Below the pieces are notes generated by a model. It saw only the letters and a list, made by a program, of their open reading frames with translations. It was not told the origin of the DNA and did no database searches. From the NCBI GenBank assembly GCA_963707915.1, contig OY970178.1, positions 2,240,001-2,304,000 of the forward strand: a stretch of 64,000 nt of DNA, given 5' to 3'. Shown here piece after piece: positions 18,808 through 28,500 of this stretch. Source of the stretch: Candidatus Eiseniibacteriota bacterium. GTDB taxonomy: Bacteria; Eisenbacteria; RBG-16-71-46. The translations under genes and the position numbers were made by a program. The first letter of the stretch is position 1, and each line of letters starts with the position of its first letter.

Positions 18808-19671
18808 TCAGCCCGGCAGGTTCACGGCGCGCGGCGCGAGCACCACGGGCCCGCCGTCGGGCGCATCAGCGAAGCGGCCGATGATGCGGGCGAGCTCGTC
18901 CGGGCGATCGAGCATCACGAAGTGGCCGCAGCCGTCCACGCGCACCGCGCGCACGCGGGGTACCGCTCCGAACCCGAGCACCGCCGCGGTCTCCACCCAG
19001 GGCTCGCCCTTCGGCCACGAGCGCGGCGCGAGCACCGCGAGCACGGGGCAGCGCATCCGGGCCACGCGCGTCGTGAGGTCGGTCGCGAGCGCGAGGCGGA
19101 TCCAGGGCCGGACGACCGCGGGATCCAGCGCCGCCACCTGGCGGTAGAGCGCATCGCCCTGCGCGGAGTCCCGCCCGAGCGCGGCACAGACCTGGCGCAG
19201 CGTGCCCCGGTAGTCGCCGTCGAGTCCGGCCCGGCGCTCCGTCCACGAGGCCTGCGGCCGCAGGGCCGTCTCGATCAGCACCAGCGCGCGCACCCGGCCC
19301 GGGCGCGCGCAGGCCTCGGCCGCGGCCACCAGCCCGCCGAGCGAGTGCGCCACGAGCACGACCGGCTCCCGCGAGACCCGCGCGAGCGCCAGGTCGAGCG
19401 TCCGGGTCGCGCTCCCGAGCGAGAGCCGCCCGGGCACCGCGCCGCCCCCCTGGCCCGGCAGGTCCACGAACACGACCCGGTGCTGCCGGGCGAGGATCCG
19501 CGCGGTGGGCAGCCAGCGCCCGGTGTCGCCGCCCGGCCCGCGCACGATGACGATCGCCGGACCCTGGCCGAACGCGGCCGCCAGCGGCGCCGAGCGCGGC
19601 GCGACGACGCGGGCGCCGAACAGGACCAGCGCCAGCGCGGAAGCGAGCAGGACACGGGCTCGAAGGGGCAT
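18808..19671 (-). CDS. Secreted alpha/beta-fold hydrolase
   Basis: Signal peptide, 'VDLPGQG', nucleophile elbow AHSLGG, 'CGHFVMLDRP'. Confidence 0.8.
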   Translation of the reverse strand: MPLRARVLLASALALVLFGARVVAPRSAPLAAAFGQGPAIVIVRGPGGDTGRWLPTARILARQHRVVFVDLPGQGGGAVPGRLSLGSATRTLDLALARVSREPVVLVAHSLGGLVAAAEACARPGRVRALVLIETALRPQASWTERRAGLDGDYRGTLRQVCAALGRDSAQGDALYRQVAALDPAVVRPWIRLALATDLTTRVARMRCPVLAVLAPRSWPKGEPWVETAAVLGFGAVPRVRAVRVDGCGHFVMLDRPDELARIIGRFADAPDGGPVVLAPRAVNLPG

Positions 19672-19824
19672 GCTTCTCCGGGACGCCCCGCGGCCGTGCG
19701 GGGCACTCTCCCAGTATCGGTCCGTGACCGGTCCGGCTGAAGGCCGGAGGCGCCCGGCCCACCCGACATCCAGTTCCGATAACGTCCGATGATGGGGGCG
19801 CGGCTGTGGTAGAAAGGGGGCCTG

Positions 19825-21351
19825 ATGCTCGACGACCTGGCCTGCTACCGCGCGTTCACCAGCCGCGACCGCCGTTTCGACGGCCGCTTCGTGACGGCCG
19901 TGCTCACGACCGGCGTCTACTGCCGGCCGGGCTGCCCGGCGCGCCGGCCGGCGCGGCGCAACGTGCGCTTCTTCGCCTGCCCGGCGGCCGCCGAGAGCGC
20001 CGGCTTTCGCCCCTGCCTGCGCTGCCGGCCGGAGACCGCGCCCGGCAGCCCCGCCGGCTCCGGCACGTCGGCGACCGTGGCCCGGGCGTTGCGGCTGATC
20101 GACGAGGGAGCGCTGGACCGGGCGGGCGTCGAGCCGCTCGCCGCGCGGCTCGGCGTGACCGGGCGCTGGCTGCGCCGGCTGTTCGCCGGGCAACTCGGCG
20201 CCTCGCCGCTCGCGGTGGCCCGGACGCGCCGGGTGCACTTCGCGCGGCGCCTGCTCGACGAGACCGACCTGCCGGTCGCCGAGGTGGCGTTCGCGTCCGG
20301 CTTCGGCAGCGCGCGGCGCCTGCACGACGCGATCCGCGCCACGTTCCGCCGCGCGCCGCGCGAACTGCGCCGGCGGACGGCGGCCCGCCGCGGAACCACG
20401 GGCGCCGGTGAGCGGGCGGGCGCCGCGTCCGCCACGACCCGCCCGTTCCCGGACGGCGACACGCTCGAGCTGAGGCTGCCGGCCCGGCCGCCGTTCGACG
20501 CCGGGCCGCTGCTGCGCTTCTTCGCCGCGCGGGCGCTGCCCGGCGTCGAGGAGGTCGCGGACGGCGTCTACCGCCGCAGCGTGCGGCTCGGAGACGAATC
20601 CGGCGTGGTGGAGGTCCGGGCCGTGCCCGGCGAGGCGGGCGTGCGCGTGCGCTGGCCCGCCGGGTCGTCGCGTCCGCTGCTCACGCTGGCGGGCCGCGCG
20701 GGCCGCCTGTTCGATCTCGCGGCGGACGCCGGCGCGATCCGCGCGCACCTGCGGCGCGATCCCGTGCTCGCGGCTGCGATCCCCCCGGCCGGGATCCGCG
20801 TGCCCGGCGCCTGGGACCCGTTCGAGCTCGGCGTGCGCGCCCTGCTCGGCCAGCAGGTCTCGGTCGCGGCGGCGCGCACGCTCGCGGCCCGTCTCGTCGG
20901 GCTGTGCGGAGCGCCGCTGCCCGGCGGGCCGCGGGGAACCCTCACGCACCTGTTCCCCACGCCGGCGGCCGTCGCCGCCGCGGACCTGCCGCGCATCGGG
21001 CTGACGCGCGCGCGCACCGCGGCGCTGCGGGGGTTCGCGGCCGCGGTCGACCGCGGCGAACTCGACCTGGCCGTGGCCGCGAGCCTCGACGAGCAGGTGG
21101 CGCGGCTCACCGCGCTGCCCGGCATCGGGGAGTGGACGGCGCACTACGTCGCCATGCGCGCGCTCGGCGATCCCGACGCGTTCCCGGCCGGCGACCTGGG
21201 ACTGCGGCGCGCGCTCGGACGCGGCGGCCGGCTCGCCACGCCCCGCGAGGTCACCCGGCACGCCGAACGCTGGCGGCCCTGGCGCGCCTACGCCGTGATC
21301 GCCCTGTGGACGAAGGACGCCGCGCAACCCGCAACCAGGAGGAGACCATGA
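19825..21351 (+). CDS. alkA: Ada-AlkA fusion (Ada Zn domain, AraC HTH, 3-methyladenine DNA glycosylase II)
   Basis: 'TTGVYCRPGC', 'FRPCLRCRP', 'FASGFGS', 'LGQQVS', HhH 'LPGIGEWTA', 'PDAFPAGD'. Confidence 0.95.
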   Translation: MLDDLACYRAFTSRDRRFDGRFVTAVLTTGVYCRPGCPARRPARRNVRFFACPAAAESAGFRPCLRCRPETAPGSPAGSGTSATVARALRLIDEGALDRAGVEPLAARLGVTGRWLRRLFAGQLGASPLAVARTRRVHFARRLLDETDLPVAEVAFASGFGSARRLHDAIRATFRRAPRELRRRTAARRGTTGAGERAGAASATTRPFPDGDTLELRLPARPPFDAGPLLRFFAARALPGVEEVADGVYRRSVRLGDESGVVEVRAVPGEAGVRVRWPAGSSRPLLTLAGRAGRLFDLAADAGAIRAHLRRDPVLAAAIPPAGIRVPGAWDPFELGVRALLGQQVSVAAARTLAARLVGLCGAPLPGGPRGTLTHLFPTPAAVAAADLPRIGLTRARTAALRGFAAAVDRGELDLAVAASLDEQVARLTALPGIGEWTAHYVAMRALGDPDAFPAGDLGLRRALGRGGRLATPREVTRHAERWRPWRAYAVIALWTKDAAQPATRRRP

Positions 21352-21860
21352 CGATCGAGACGGCTGTCGTGCAGACCCCGCTCGGGCCGGTGACGCTCTA
21401 CGCCCGGGACGGCGCGCTCGTCGGCCTGGAATTCACCGACCGGGTCGCGCGGCGGCGCGCGCTGGAGCGGCGGCTGCGGCGCCACCTCGGGCCGTTCGAG
21501 ATGCGGGAGGTCCGCGATCCCGCCGGCGCCCGCGCCCGGCTCGCGGCCTACTTCGCGGGCGAGCGCGGCGCCCTCGCCGGCCAGAAGGTCGAGCTGCACG
21601 GCACGTCGTTCCAGCTCGCCGTGTGGCGCGAGCTGCGCCGCATCCCGCCCGGCCGCACGCTCAGCTACGCCGCGCTCGCGGCCCGCGTCGCCCGGCCGCG
21701 CGCCGTCCGCGCGGCGGGACAGGCGAACGGGAGCAACCCGGTCTCGCTGTTCGTGCCGTGCCACCGCGTGATCGCCGCGGACGGCGGGCTGGGCGGATAC
21801 GGCGGCGGGCTGGAGCGCAAGCGCAGGCTGCTCGCGCTCGAGGGACTGACCCTGGCGTGA
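21348..21860 (+). CDS. ogt: Methylated-DNA--protein-cysteine methyltransferase
   Basis: 'GTSFQLAVW', 'RAAG', active-site 'PCHRV'. Confidence 0.95.
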   Translation: MTIETAVVQTPLGPVTLYARDGALVGLEFTDRVARRRALERRLRRHLGPFEMREVRDPAGARARLAAYFAGERGALAGQKVELHGTSFQLAVWRELRRIPPGRTLSYAALAARVARPRAVRAAGQANGSNPVSLFVPCHRVIAADGGLGGYGGGLERKRRLLALEGLTLA

Positions 21861-21958
21861 GGCCCCGGCGCTCCGGGCGGGACACCCGCGTGCAGCGCGG
21901 GCCCGCCCGGAGCGCCGGGAGACCGGCCGCGAACCGGCGGACCCGCGCCGGCCGGCGG

Positions 21959-22831
21959 CTACTTCCGCTTCGCCGCCAGCGCCCGGACCGTGAAGTCCGC
22001 GATGACCGCGGCCAGCGTGTCGGGCTGGTCCTGCATCACGAGGTAACCGGCGTTGGTGATGCGCCGCATCGGGACCGCGGTCGTGTCCTCGAAGCCGAGC
22101 GCCTGGAACACGGTCCCGGGGCTCCTCCCACTCTTGAAGAGGAGGTCGGTCGCGACGAAGAGGTACGGCACCTGGAGCGACTTCAGTGCCGGCGTGGCGT
22201 CGCCGGTGAGCGAGGCGCCGATGTAGGACTTGATGGTCTGCGGCGGCGTCTGCGCGGCCACCGCGTGGATGGCGACCCCCTGCAGCGAGTCCTTGCCCGC
22301 CCGGCTGAAGATCATCTTGAGGATCTGGTCGTAGTTCGAGTCCAGCATGCGCTTGAAGCCCTGGATCTCCTGGTCATCGATCCGGAGCGACGACTTCAGC
22401 CCGGTGTCGATGAGCACGATCCCGCGCACGCGCCCCGGGTGCGCCTTCAGGTCGAGCAGCGACAGCATCCCGCCGACGCCCTTGCCCACCAGTACCGTGC
22501 TGTCCGGGTTCTGCTTCGCCAGCACCAGGTCGAGCGCCTCCGCCGCGGCCTCGAACGTGAACGGGTCGGGCGCGGGGCTGTCGCCGTGACCCGGCAGGTC
22601 CACCAGCACGACGTGGTACTTGCCGACGAGCTTGCGGACCGTCGGCATCCAGCTCGAGCGGTTCCCGCCCAGCTCGTGGACCAGCACGATCGTGGGGCCC
22701 TTGCCCAGCTCGAGGGTCTTGGGGGCGACCGGCGGAGCGGCCGTGCCCGGCAGGGCGATGGACGACAGGAGCGCGAACGCGAGCAGCACGGCTGACGCCA
22801 GGATCCAGGCGGTTCTCGGAGTCTTGGTCAC
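21959..22831 (-). CDS. Secreted alpha/beta-fold protein lacking the catalytic Ser and His
   Basis: 'VDLPGHGDS' retained; elbow reads GKGVGG; the His position reads 'AGYLVMQDQP'. Confidence 0.75.
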   Translation of the reverse strand: MTKTPRTAWILASAVLLAFALLSSIALPGTAAPPVAPKTLELGKGPTIVLVHELGGNRSSWMPTVRKLVGKYHVVLVDLPGHGDSPAPDPFTFEAAAEALDLVLAKQNPDSTVLVGKGVGGMLSLLDLKAHPGRVRGIVLIDTGLKSSLRIDDQEIQGFKRMLDSNYDQILKMIFSRAGKDSLQGVAIHAVAAQTPPQTIKSYIGASLTGDATPALKSLQVPYLFVATDLLFKSGRSPGTVFQALGFEDTTAVPMRRITNAGYLVMQDQPDTLAAVIADFTVRALAAKRK

Positions 22832-22992
22832 GGGTCCTCCCTCGGTGCGGGGCTGCGGGACCGTCGGCCGCCTCCCTGGCGCTCGACCCGCACGAAGCCC
22901 GGCGCAGTGTACCCCGGGAGGCGGTTCCGGGCATCCCGACCCGGCACGGACGCGGACGCGGGGCGGGTCCGGAGGCCTCTCCATGCCGTTTC

Positions 22993-23021
22993 TTGACGAC
23001 TGCACATTTGTGCAGTAGCAT
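22993..23021 (+). promoter_or_regulatory. sigma70 promoter with an overlapping palindromic operator (candidate LexA/SOS box)
   Basis: TTGACG-N17-TAGCAT; spacer filled by the perfect inverted repeat ACTGCACA-TT-TGTGCAGT (22999-23016). Confidence 0.8.
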
Positions 23022-23040
23022 CCCGCCCGCCAGGTCCGAC

Positions 23041-23295
23041 ATGAGACAAGAACCCATCGACGAGCCCATCGCCGTGCGCGCCGACTTCCGGGGCGGCGCG
23101 GTCACGCCCATCGCCTTCCGCCTGCGCGGGCGGGAGCACCGCGTGGTGCGCGTGAACGCGCGCTGGGTGGACCGGGTCCCGCGACACCCGCACTTCTACT
23201 TCTCGGTCACGGCCGAGAGCGGCGACGTCTACCAGCTCCAGCTCCAGGCCGCCGACCTCGTCTGGTGGCTGGACTCGGTGACGCTGGAGGGGTGA
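23041..23295 (+). CDS. Small DUF6504/ImuB C-terminal-like protein
   Basis: Pattern 'PIAFRLRGREHRV...W...YFSV...GDVYQL...WWL'; TGATG-coupled to dinB. Confidence 0.7.
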   Translation: MRQEPIDEPIAVRADFRGGAVTPIAFRLRGREHRVVRVNARWVDRVPRHPHFYFSVTAESGDVYQLQLQAADLVWWLDSVTLEG

Positions 23296-24674
23296 TGGCG
23301 CGACGCGACGCGGCGCCCCGAGCTCCGGCGGCGGAGCCCCGTCGCAGCGGGGTGGAGCGAAGGGGCGGTCCTTTGGGAGGGGCGGTGGCGACGGGACCCG
23401 CGAGGATGGGGGCTCCGCCACCGGAGCCGGGCACCGCGCCAGGCGCAACGCCGAACCACACGCCGACCGCCGAGCCCGTCGTCCTGCACGTGGACATCGA
23501 CGCCTTCTTCGCGAGCGTCGAGCAGTGCCGCGACCCGCGGCTGCGGGGCCGGCCGGTCATCGTGGGCGCGGGGGTGATCGCCTCGTGCTCGTACGAGGCG
23601 CGGCGCTTCGGCCTCAAGGCCGGGATGACGCTCTCGGAGGCGAGACGCCTCTGCCCGCAGGCCGTCGTCATCGACGGCCACGCGCAGGTCTACCGCTGCT
23701 TCGCCGCGGAGGTCTTCGCGCGCTGCCGCGAGGTGGCGCCCGCCGTCGAGACCTATCTCGACGAGGCCTACTGCGACCTCTCCGGCACCGAGCGGCTGCA
23801 CGGCGACCTGCTCGAGGCCGCACGCCGGCTCAAGCAGGCGGTCCGCGACGCCACCGGCCTCACCGTGACCTGCGGGCTCGGCCCCAACCGCATGCTGGCG
23901 AAGCTCGCGGGCAAGGCCGCGAAACCCGACGGGCTGGCGCGCGTCACCGCCGCCGGGGCCGAGGCCTTCCTGCGCGACCTGCCGGTCGAGCAGGTCGCGG
24001 GCGTGGGCCGCGCGCACGCGAGGACGCTGCGCTCGATGAACGTGCGCACCGCGGGCGAGATGCGCGTGCTGCCGGTCGAGACGCTGGAGCGCCTGTTCGG
24101 CGCGCCCGGGCGGCTGCTCCACGAGCGCTGCCGCGGACGCGACACCGCCGTGGTGAACGAGCGCGAGGTGCCGCTCTCGATCTCGCGCGAGACGTCGTTC
24201 CACCGCGACACCGCCGATCCCCGCGAGATCGAGGGCATGCTCGAGTACCTCGCGGGACGGGCCTGCCGCACCGCGCGCGAACTGGGCGTGCGGCCGCGCA
24301 CCGTCGCGGTGCGCCTGCGCCACGCCGACGGCGAGTCCGCGGAGCGCGCGCGATCGCTGCCGCAGCCCTCGGACGCGGACCCCGTCGTGCTGGCGCTGGC
24401 GCTCGACACGCTGGCGCGGCTGTTCACGCGGCGCGTGGCGCTCCACCAGGTCGGCCTCGCGCTCTCGAACTTCGTGCGCGCGGGCGCCGAGCAGGGCGCG
24501 CTCTTCGAGGAGCGCGAGGCCGGGCGGCAGGCCGCGCTCTACCGCGCCTTCGACGGCGTGCGCGAATCGTTCGGCCACGGCGTGATCGTCTCCGGCCGCG
24601 CCCTTCACCTGAGGGGACGGCTCGAGGAGGACGAGCACGGCTTCGTGCTGCGCACGCCCTCGCTCACGAAGTGA
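23295..24674 (+). CDS. dinB: DNA polymerase IV (Y-family)
   Basis: 'HVDIDAFFAS', 'SYEARRFG', 'YLDEAY', 'KPDG', clamp motif QGALF; alternative start at 23406. Confidence 0.93.
   Translation: MARRDAAPRAPAAEPRRSGVERRGGPLGGAVATGPARMGAPPPEPGTAPGATPNHTPTAEPVVLHVDIDAFFASVEQCRDPRLRGRPVIVGAGVIASCSYEARRFGLKAGMTLSEARRLCPQAVVIDGHAQVYRCFAAEVFARCREVAPAVETYLDEAYCDLSGTERLHGDLLEAARRLKQAVRDATGLTVTCGLGPNRMLAKLAGKAAKPDGLARVTAAGAEAFLRDLPVEQVAGVGRAHARTLRSMNVRTAGEMRVLPVETLERLFGAPGRLLHERCRGRDTAVVNEREVPLSISRETSFHRDTADPREIEGMLEYLAGRACRTARELGVRPRTVAVRLRHADGESAERARSLPQPSDADPVVLALALDTLARLFTRRVALHQVGLALSNFVRAGAEQGALFEEREAGRQAALYRAFDGVRESFGHGVIVSGRALHLRGRLEEDEHGFVLRTPSLTK
23322..23427. repeat. Palindromic element with 19-bp inverted arms at the 5' end of dinB
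   Basis: GCTCCGGCGGCGGAGCCCC (23322-23340) and GGGGCTCCGCCACCGGAGC (23409-23427), one mismatch. Confidence 0.65.
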
Positions 24675-24815
24675 CGGAGGGCCCGGGGCGTGACGGACGC
24701 CGGCGGCACCGGCGCCGGTGACCGGCGGGCCGGCGGGGCGGCATGCGCCCCGGGGCACGGAACGCGACCGGCGCGACGCCTCGTGGCGCCGCGCCGGCGG
24801 AATCGCACGCCCCGC

Positions 24816-25460
24816 CTACTTCACGTAGCGCCCCTTCACCGTGCCCCAGGTCGAGGGGACCACGGCGGTCACGGTGTCCGTGCTGGTCGCGGTGCCGGTG
24901 TACATCCAACTGTTGCCCGTGCCGCTGCCGTCGCTCGAGAGCCCGGCCATGTAGAACCCCACACCGGACGCCGCCGAGTTCGGAGCGGTCCAGTCGACCT
25001 GCCACTCGACCGGCGAGGCCGCCCCGGTCTTGACGCCGCCCGACGTCTGGTCCACGTAGCGGCGCGTGGAGAACGACCCGCTCCCGTTGACGATCTTGGT
25101 CGTGGCCGCGTCGACGAGCGTGAAGGTGCCGGTGCCGTTCCCCGTCGCCTTGTCCACCGCCGTGAGCTGGAAGCCCCAGACCGTGCTCGCCCCGAACGTG
25201 TGCGTCGTGGCGAGGTGCACCGTGATGCGGTAGGTCACGCCGCCGCGGAAGAGCGTCGGCACGCCCAGCGCGGTGATCGAGCCCGCGCCGTCGTCGATCG
25301 ACCCGTTGTGGCAGTCGCTGCAGAGGCCCTCGGCAGGCGCGGCGGCGATCGCCGGGGCGCCGGTCTTCGCGGCCGGCGCGCCGGTGGTCCGGGCGTAGGC
25401 GATGGCGGCCCAGGTGATGAGTACGACGACCGCTGCGAGGTGGTACCAACGACGGTTCAT
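24816..25460 (-). CDS. Secreted Reeler/choice-of-anchor V-like protein with CxxCH and a TWG-K-Y tail
   Basis: Signal peptide, 'TGAP...EGLCSDCH', 'GFQLTA', 'WTAP', C-terminal 'VVPSTWGTVKGRYVK'. Confidence 0.7.
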   Translation of the reverse strand: MNRRWYHLAAVVVLITWAAIAYARTTGAPAAKTGAPAIAAAPAEGLCSDCHNGSIDDGAGSITALGVPTLFRGGVTYRITVHLATTHTFGASTVWGFQLTAVDKATGNGTGTFTLVDAATTKIVNGSGSFSTRRYVDQTSGGVKTGAASPVEWQVDWTAPNSAASGVGFYMAGLSSDGSGTGNSWMYTGTATSTDTVTAVVPSTWGTVKGRYVK

Positions 25461-25567
25461 TCGGTGTCTCCTTCACGGCTGAGTTCGGATCGGTCCTGCA
25501 AGCAGCGCCGCTGGGACGTTGGAGTCGTCCGCGGGCGCCGGGGATTCGGCCGAGAGCGGAAGCGGCC

Positions 25568-28500
25568 GTGACCTTCGTCCCGCTGCGCGTGCGCTCGCAC
25601 GGCTCGCTGCTCGAGGGCACCGCGTCGCCGCGGTCGCTGGTCGAGCGGGCTCTGGCGCTCGGCTACGACGCGCTGGCGCTCACGGACCGCGACAACCTCT
25701 ACCTCGCCATGGCGTTCCGCCACGCGGCACGCGCCGAGGGGCTCGCGCCGCTGCTCGGCGCGGAGGTGACGTTGCGCGCGGCGGAGCCCGCTTCCCCGCG
25801 GCGCCGTCCCGGCGCCCTGCTGATCGCGCTCGACCGGCGCGGCTACGCCAACCTCTGCGCCGTGCTCACGGCGCGACAGCTCGACGCGGACTTCGACCTC
25901 GTCCGCTCGCTCGCGGGGTGGCACGCCGGGCTGCACGTCGTCGTCGAGTCGCCGGGCCTCGCCGCCGCGCTGCTGGCGGCCGGGGTGCCGGCTGCCGTCG
26001 GGGTGCGCCCCGGGCCGTCGCGGCCGCGCGCGGGTGCGGGCGGGCTGTGGCTGGGCGTGCGCGGGATCGCCGCCGAGCGCGGGCCCGCGAGCGCGTGCCC
26101 CCTGCGCGAGCGCATCGCGGCCGCGCGGCGGTCGGGCGTGCCGCTGGTCGCGACGGGGGACGTCGTGATGCTCGAGCCGGGGGACTGGGACGTCCACCGC
26201 GTCGCCGTGACCGCGGCCGCGGGCGGGTTGCTCGAGCGCATGCCACCCGGCGCGTTCGCCGCGCGCGAGGCCTGGCTCGCCGGCCCCGACGAGTGGACGC
26301 GGCGCGTGCGCGCGACCTGCGCGGCCGCCGGGGTGCCCGAAGCCGCCGACGAGGCGCTCGCCAACAACGCCGCGCTCGCCGCCCGCTGCCGCCTGGAGAT
26401 CGAGACCGGGGTGCCGATCCTTCCGAGCGCGCCGCTGCCCGGGGCGCACGCCGGGCCCGGGTCGGAGTCCGGGCCCGCGTGGCTGCGACGCCAGGCCGAG
26501 GCCGGGCTCGCCCGCCGGTACGACCGCGCCGGCATCCCGCCGGCCCGCGCGCGGCTGGACGAGGAACTGGCGATCATCGAGCGGCTCGGCTTCACCGGCT
26601 ACTTCCTGGTGGTCGCCGAGATCGTCGCGTTCGCCCGCGCGCGCGGCATCCCCACCGTCGGCCGCGGCTCGGGCGCCTCCTCGATCGTCTCGTACGCGCT
26701 CGGCATCACCAACGTGGATCCGCTGCGCCACGGGTTGTGCTTCGAGCGCTTCCTGCACCCGCAACGGCGCGACTGTCCCGACCTCGACATCGACCTGTGC
26801 TGGCAGCGGCGCGAGGAGGTCATCGCGCACGTCTACGAGACCTACGGCCGCGACCGCGTCGCCATGATCTCGACCCACGCCACGCTCGGCGCGCGCTCGG
26901 CCTTCCGCGAGACCGCGAAGGCCCTGGGCGTGGCGAACGCCCGCGTCAACGCCCTCGCCCGGCGCATCCCGCGCGAGCTCGCGGCGCCCGATCTCGAGCG
27001 ACTCGAGCGCCTTCCCGACGCGGGCGGCATCGACTGGCGCGAGCCGCCGCTCGGCGAGGCGCTGCGCCTCGCCGGCCGCCTCGCCGGCGCGCCGCGCCAC
27101 CTGTCCGTGCACTGCGGCGGCATCGTCGTCGCCGACCGGCCGCTCACCTGGTACGTGCCGCTCGAGCGCGCCCGGGGCGCCCGGCGGTCGGTGACCGCCG
27201 GGTCGGACGTGGTCGTGACGCAGTTCGAGATGCGCGCCGTCGAGCAGATCGGGCTGGTCAAGCTGGACCTGCTCGGCAACCGCGCGCTCAGCACCATCGG
27301 CGAGTGCGTGACGCTCGCGCGGCGGCACGAGCCGCCGGGGGCGCCCGCGGGAGCCGCGCCGGTGCCCGACCCCGACCTCGTTCCCGAGGACGATCCCGCC
27401 ACCGCGGCACGCGTCGCGGCGGGCGACACGCTCAACTGCTTCCAGCTCGAGTCGCCCGCCATGCGCCACCTGCTGCGCATGCTGCGCGCGAGCACACTCG
27501 CGGAGACCATCGCCGCGGTGGCGCTGGTGCGGCCGGGACCCGCGGAGTCCGGCATGAAGGAGGCGTTCTGCCGGCGGCACCGCGGGCTCGAGCCCGCCAC
27601 CTTCCACCACCCCGACCTCGTCCCCGTGCTGGACGCCACGCACGGCGTGATGCTCTACGAGGAGGACGTGATGCGCGTGGCGGCCGCGCTCGCCGGGCTC
27701 TCGCTCGCCGAGGGCGACGACCTGCGCCGCGCGCTCGCGGCCGCGCGCGACGACGAGGAGTTCCGTTCGCTCGAGCGCGGCTTCGTCGCCGCCTGCGCGC
27801 ACCGCGGCGTGGCGGACGGCGCCGCGCGCGCCGTCTGGCGCGATCTCGTCCGCTTCGCCGCCTACGCCTTCTGCAAGGCGCACGCCGCCGGCTACGGTGC
27901 GCTGGGATGGCAGAGCGCGTACTTCAAGACGCACTTCCCCGCCGAGTGGGCGGTCGGGATCCTGAACCACCACGCCGGCATGTACGCCACCTGGGTCCAC
28001 GTCGAAGACCTGCGGCGGTCCGGCGTCCGCTTCCTCCCGCCCTGCGTGAACCACTCGGAGTGGGCCACGACGCTGGAGACGGAAGAGGGGCAGGGTCCGG
28101 GGGCTGGGGAGCTCCGCGGGCACGTTCGCCTCCGCGATCCCGCTTCGGCTCACTCTTCCTCGGCGGGCTCCGCCATCCTGGCTCCGCCCGCCTGCGGGCG
28201 ACCTCGCGGAACTCCCCAGCCCCCGAACCCTGCTGTGTCACAACCGGCCCCGGACCCGGCGGTCCCACATCAGGCCGCCGTCCGTGTCGGGCTCGGGCGC
28301 GTGTTCGGGCTCGCGGAGGTGACCGGCGGGCGCATCGTGGGCGCGCGCGCCGCGCGACCGTTCCGCGGGCTCGCCGACCTCGTGGACCGCGCGCGTCCCA
28401 CGCTGCCGGAGTTGGAGTCGCTCGTGCTCGCCGGCGCGCTCGACTTCACCGGGCGCACGCGGCCCTCGCTGCTGCTCGAGGCGCGGCTCGGCGGGGCGAC

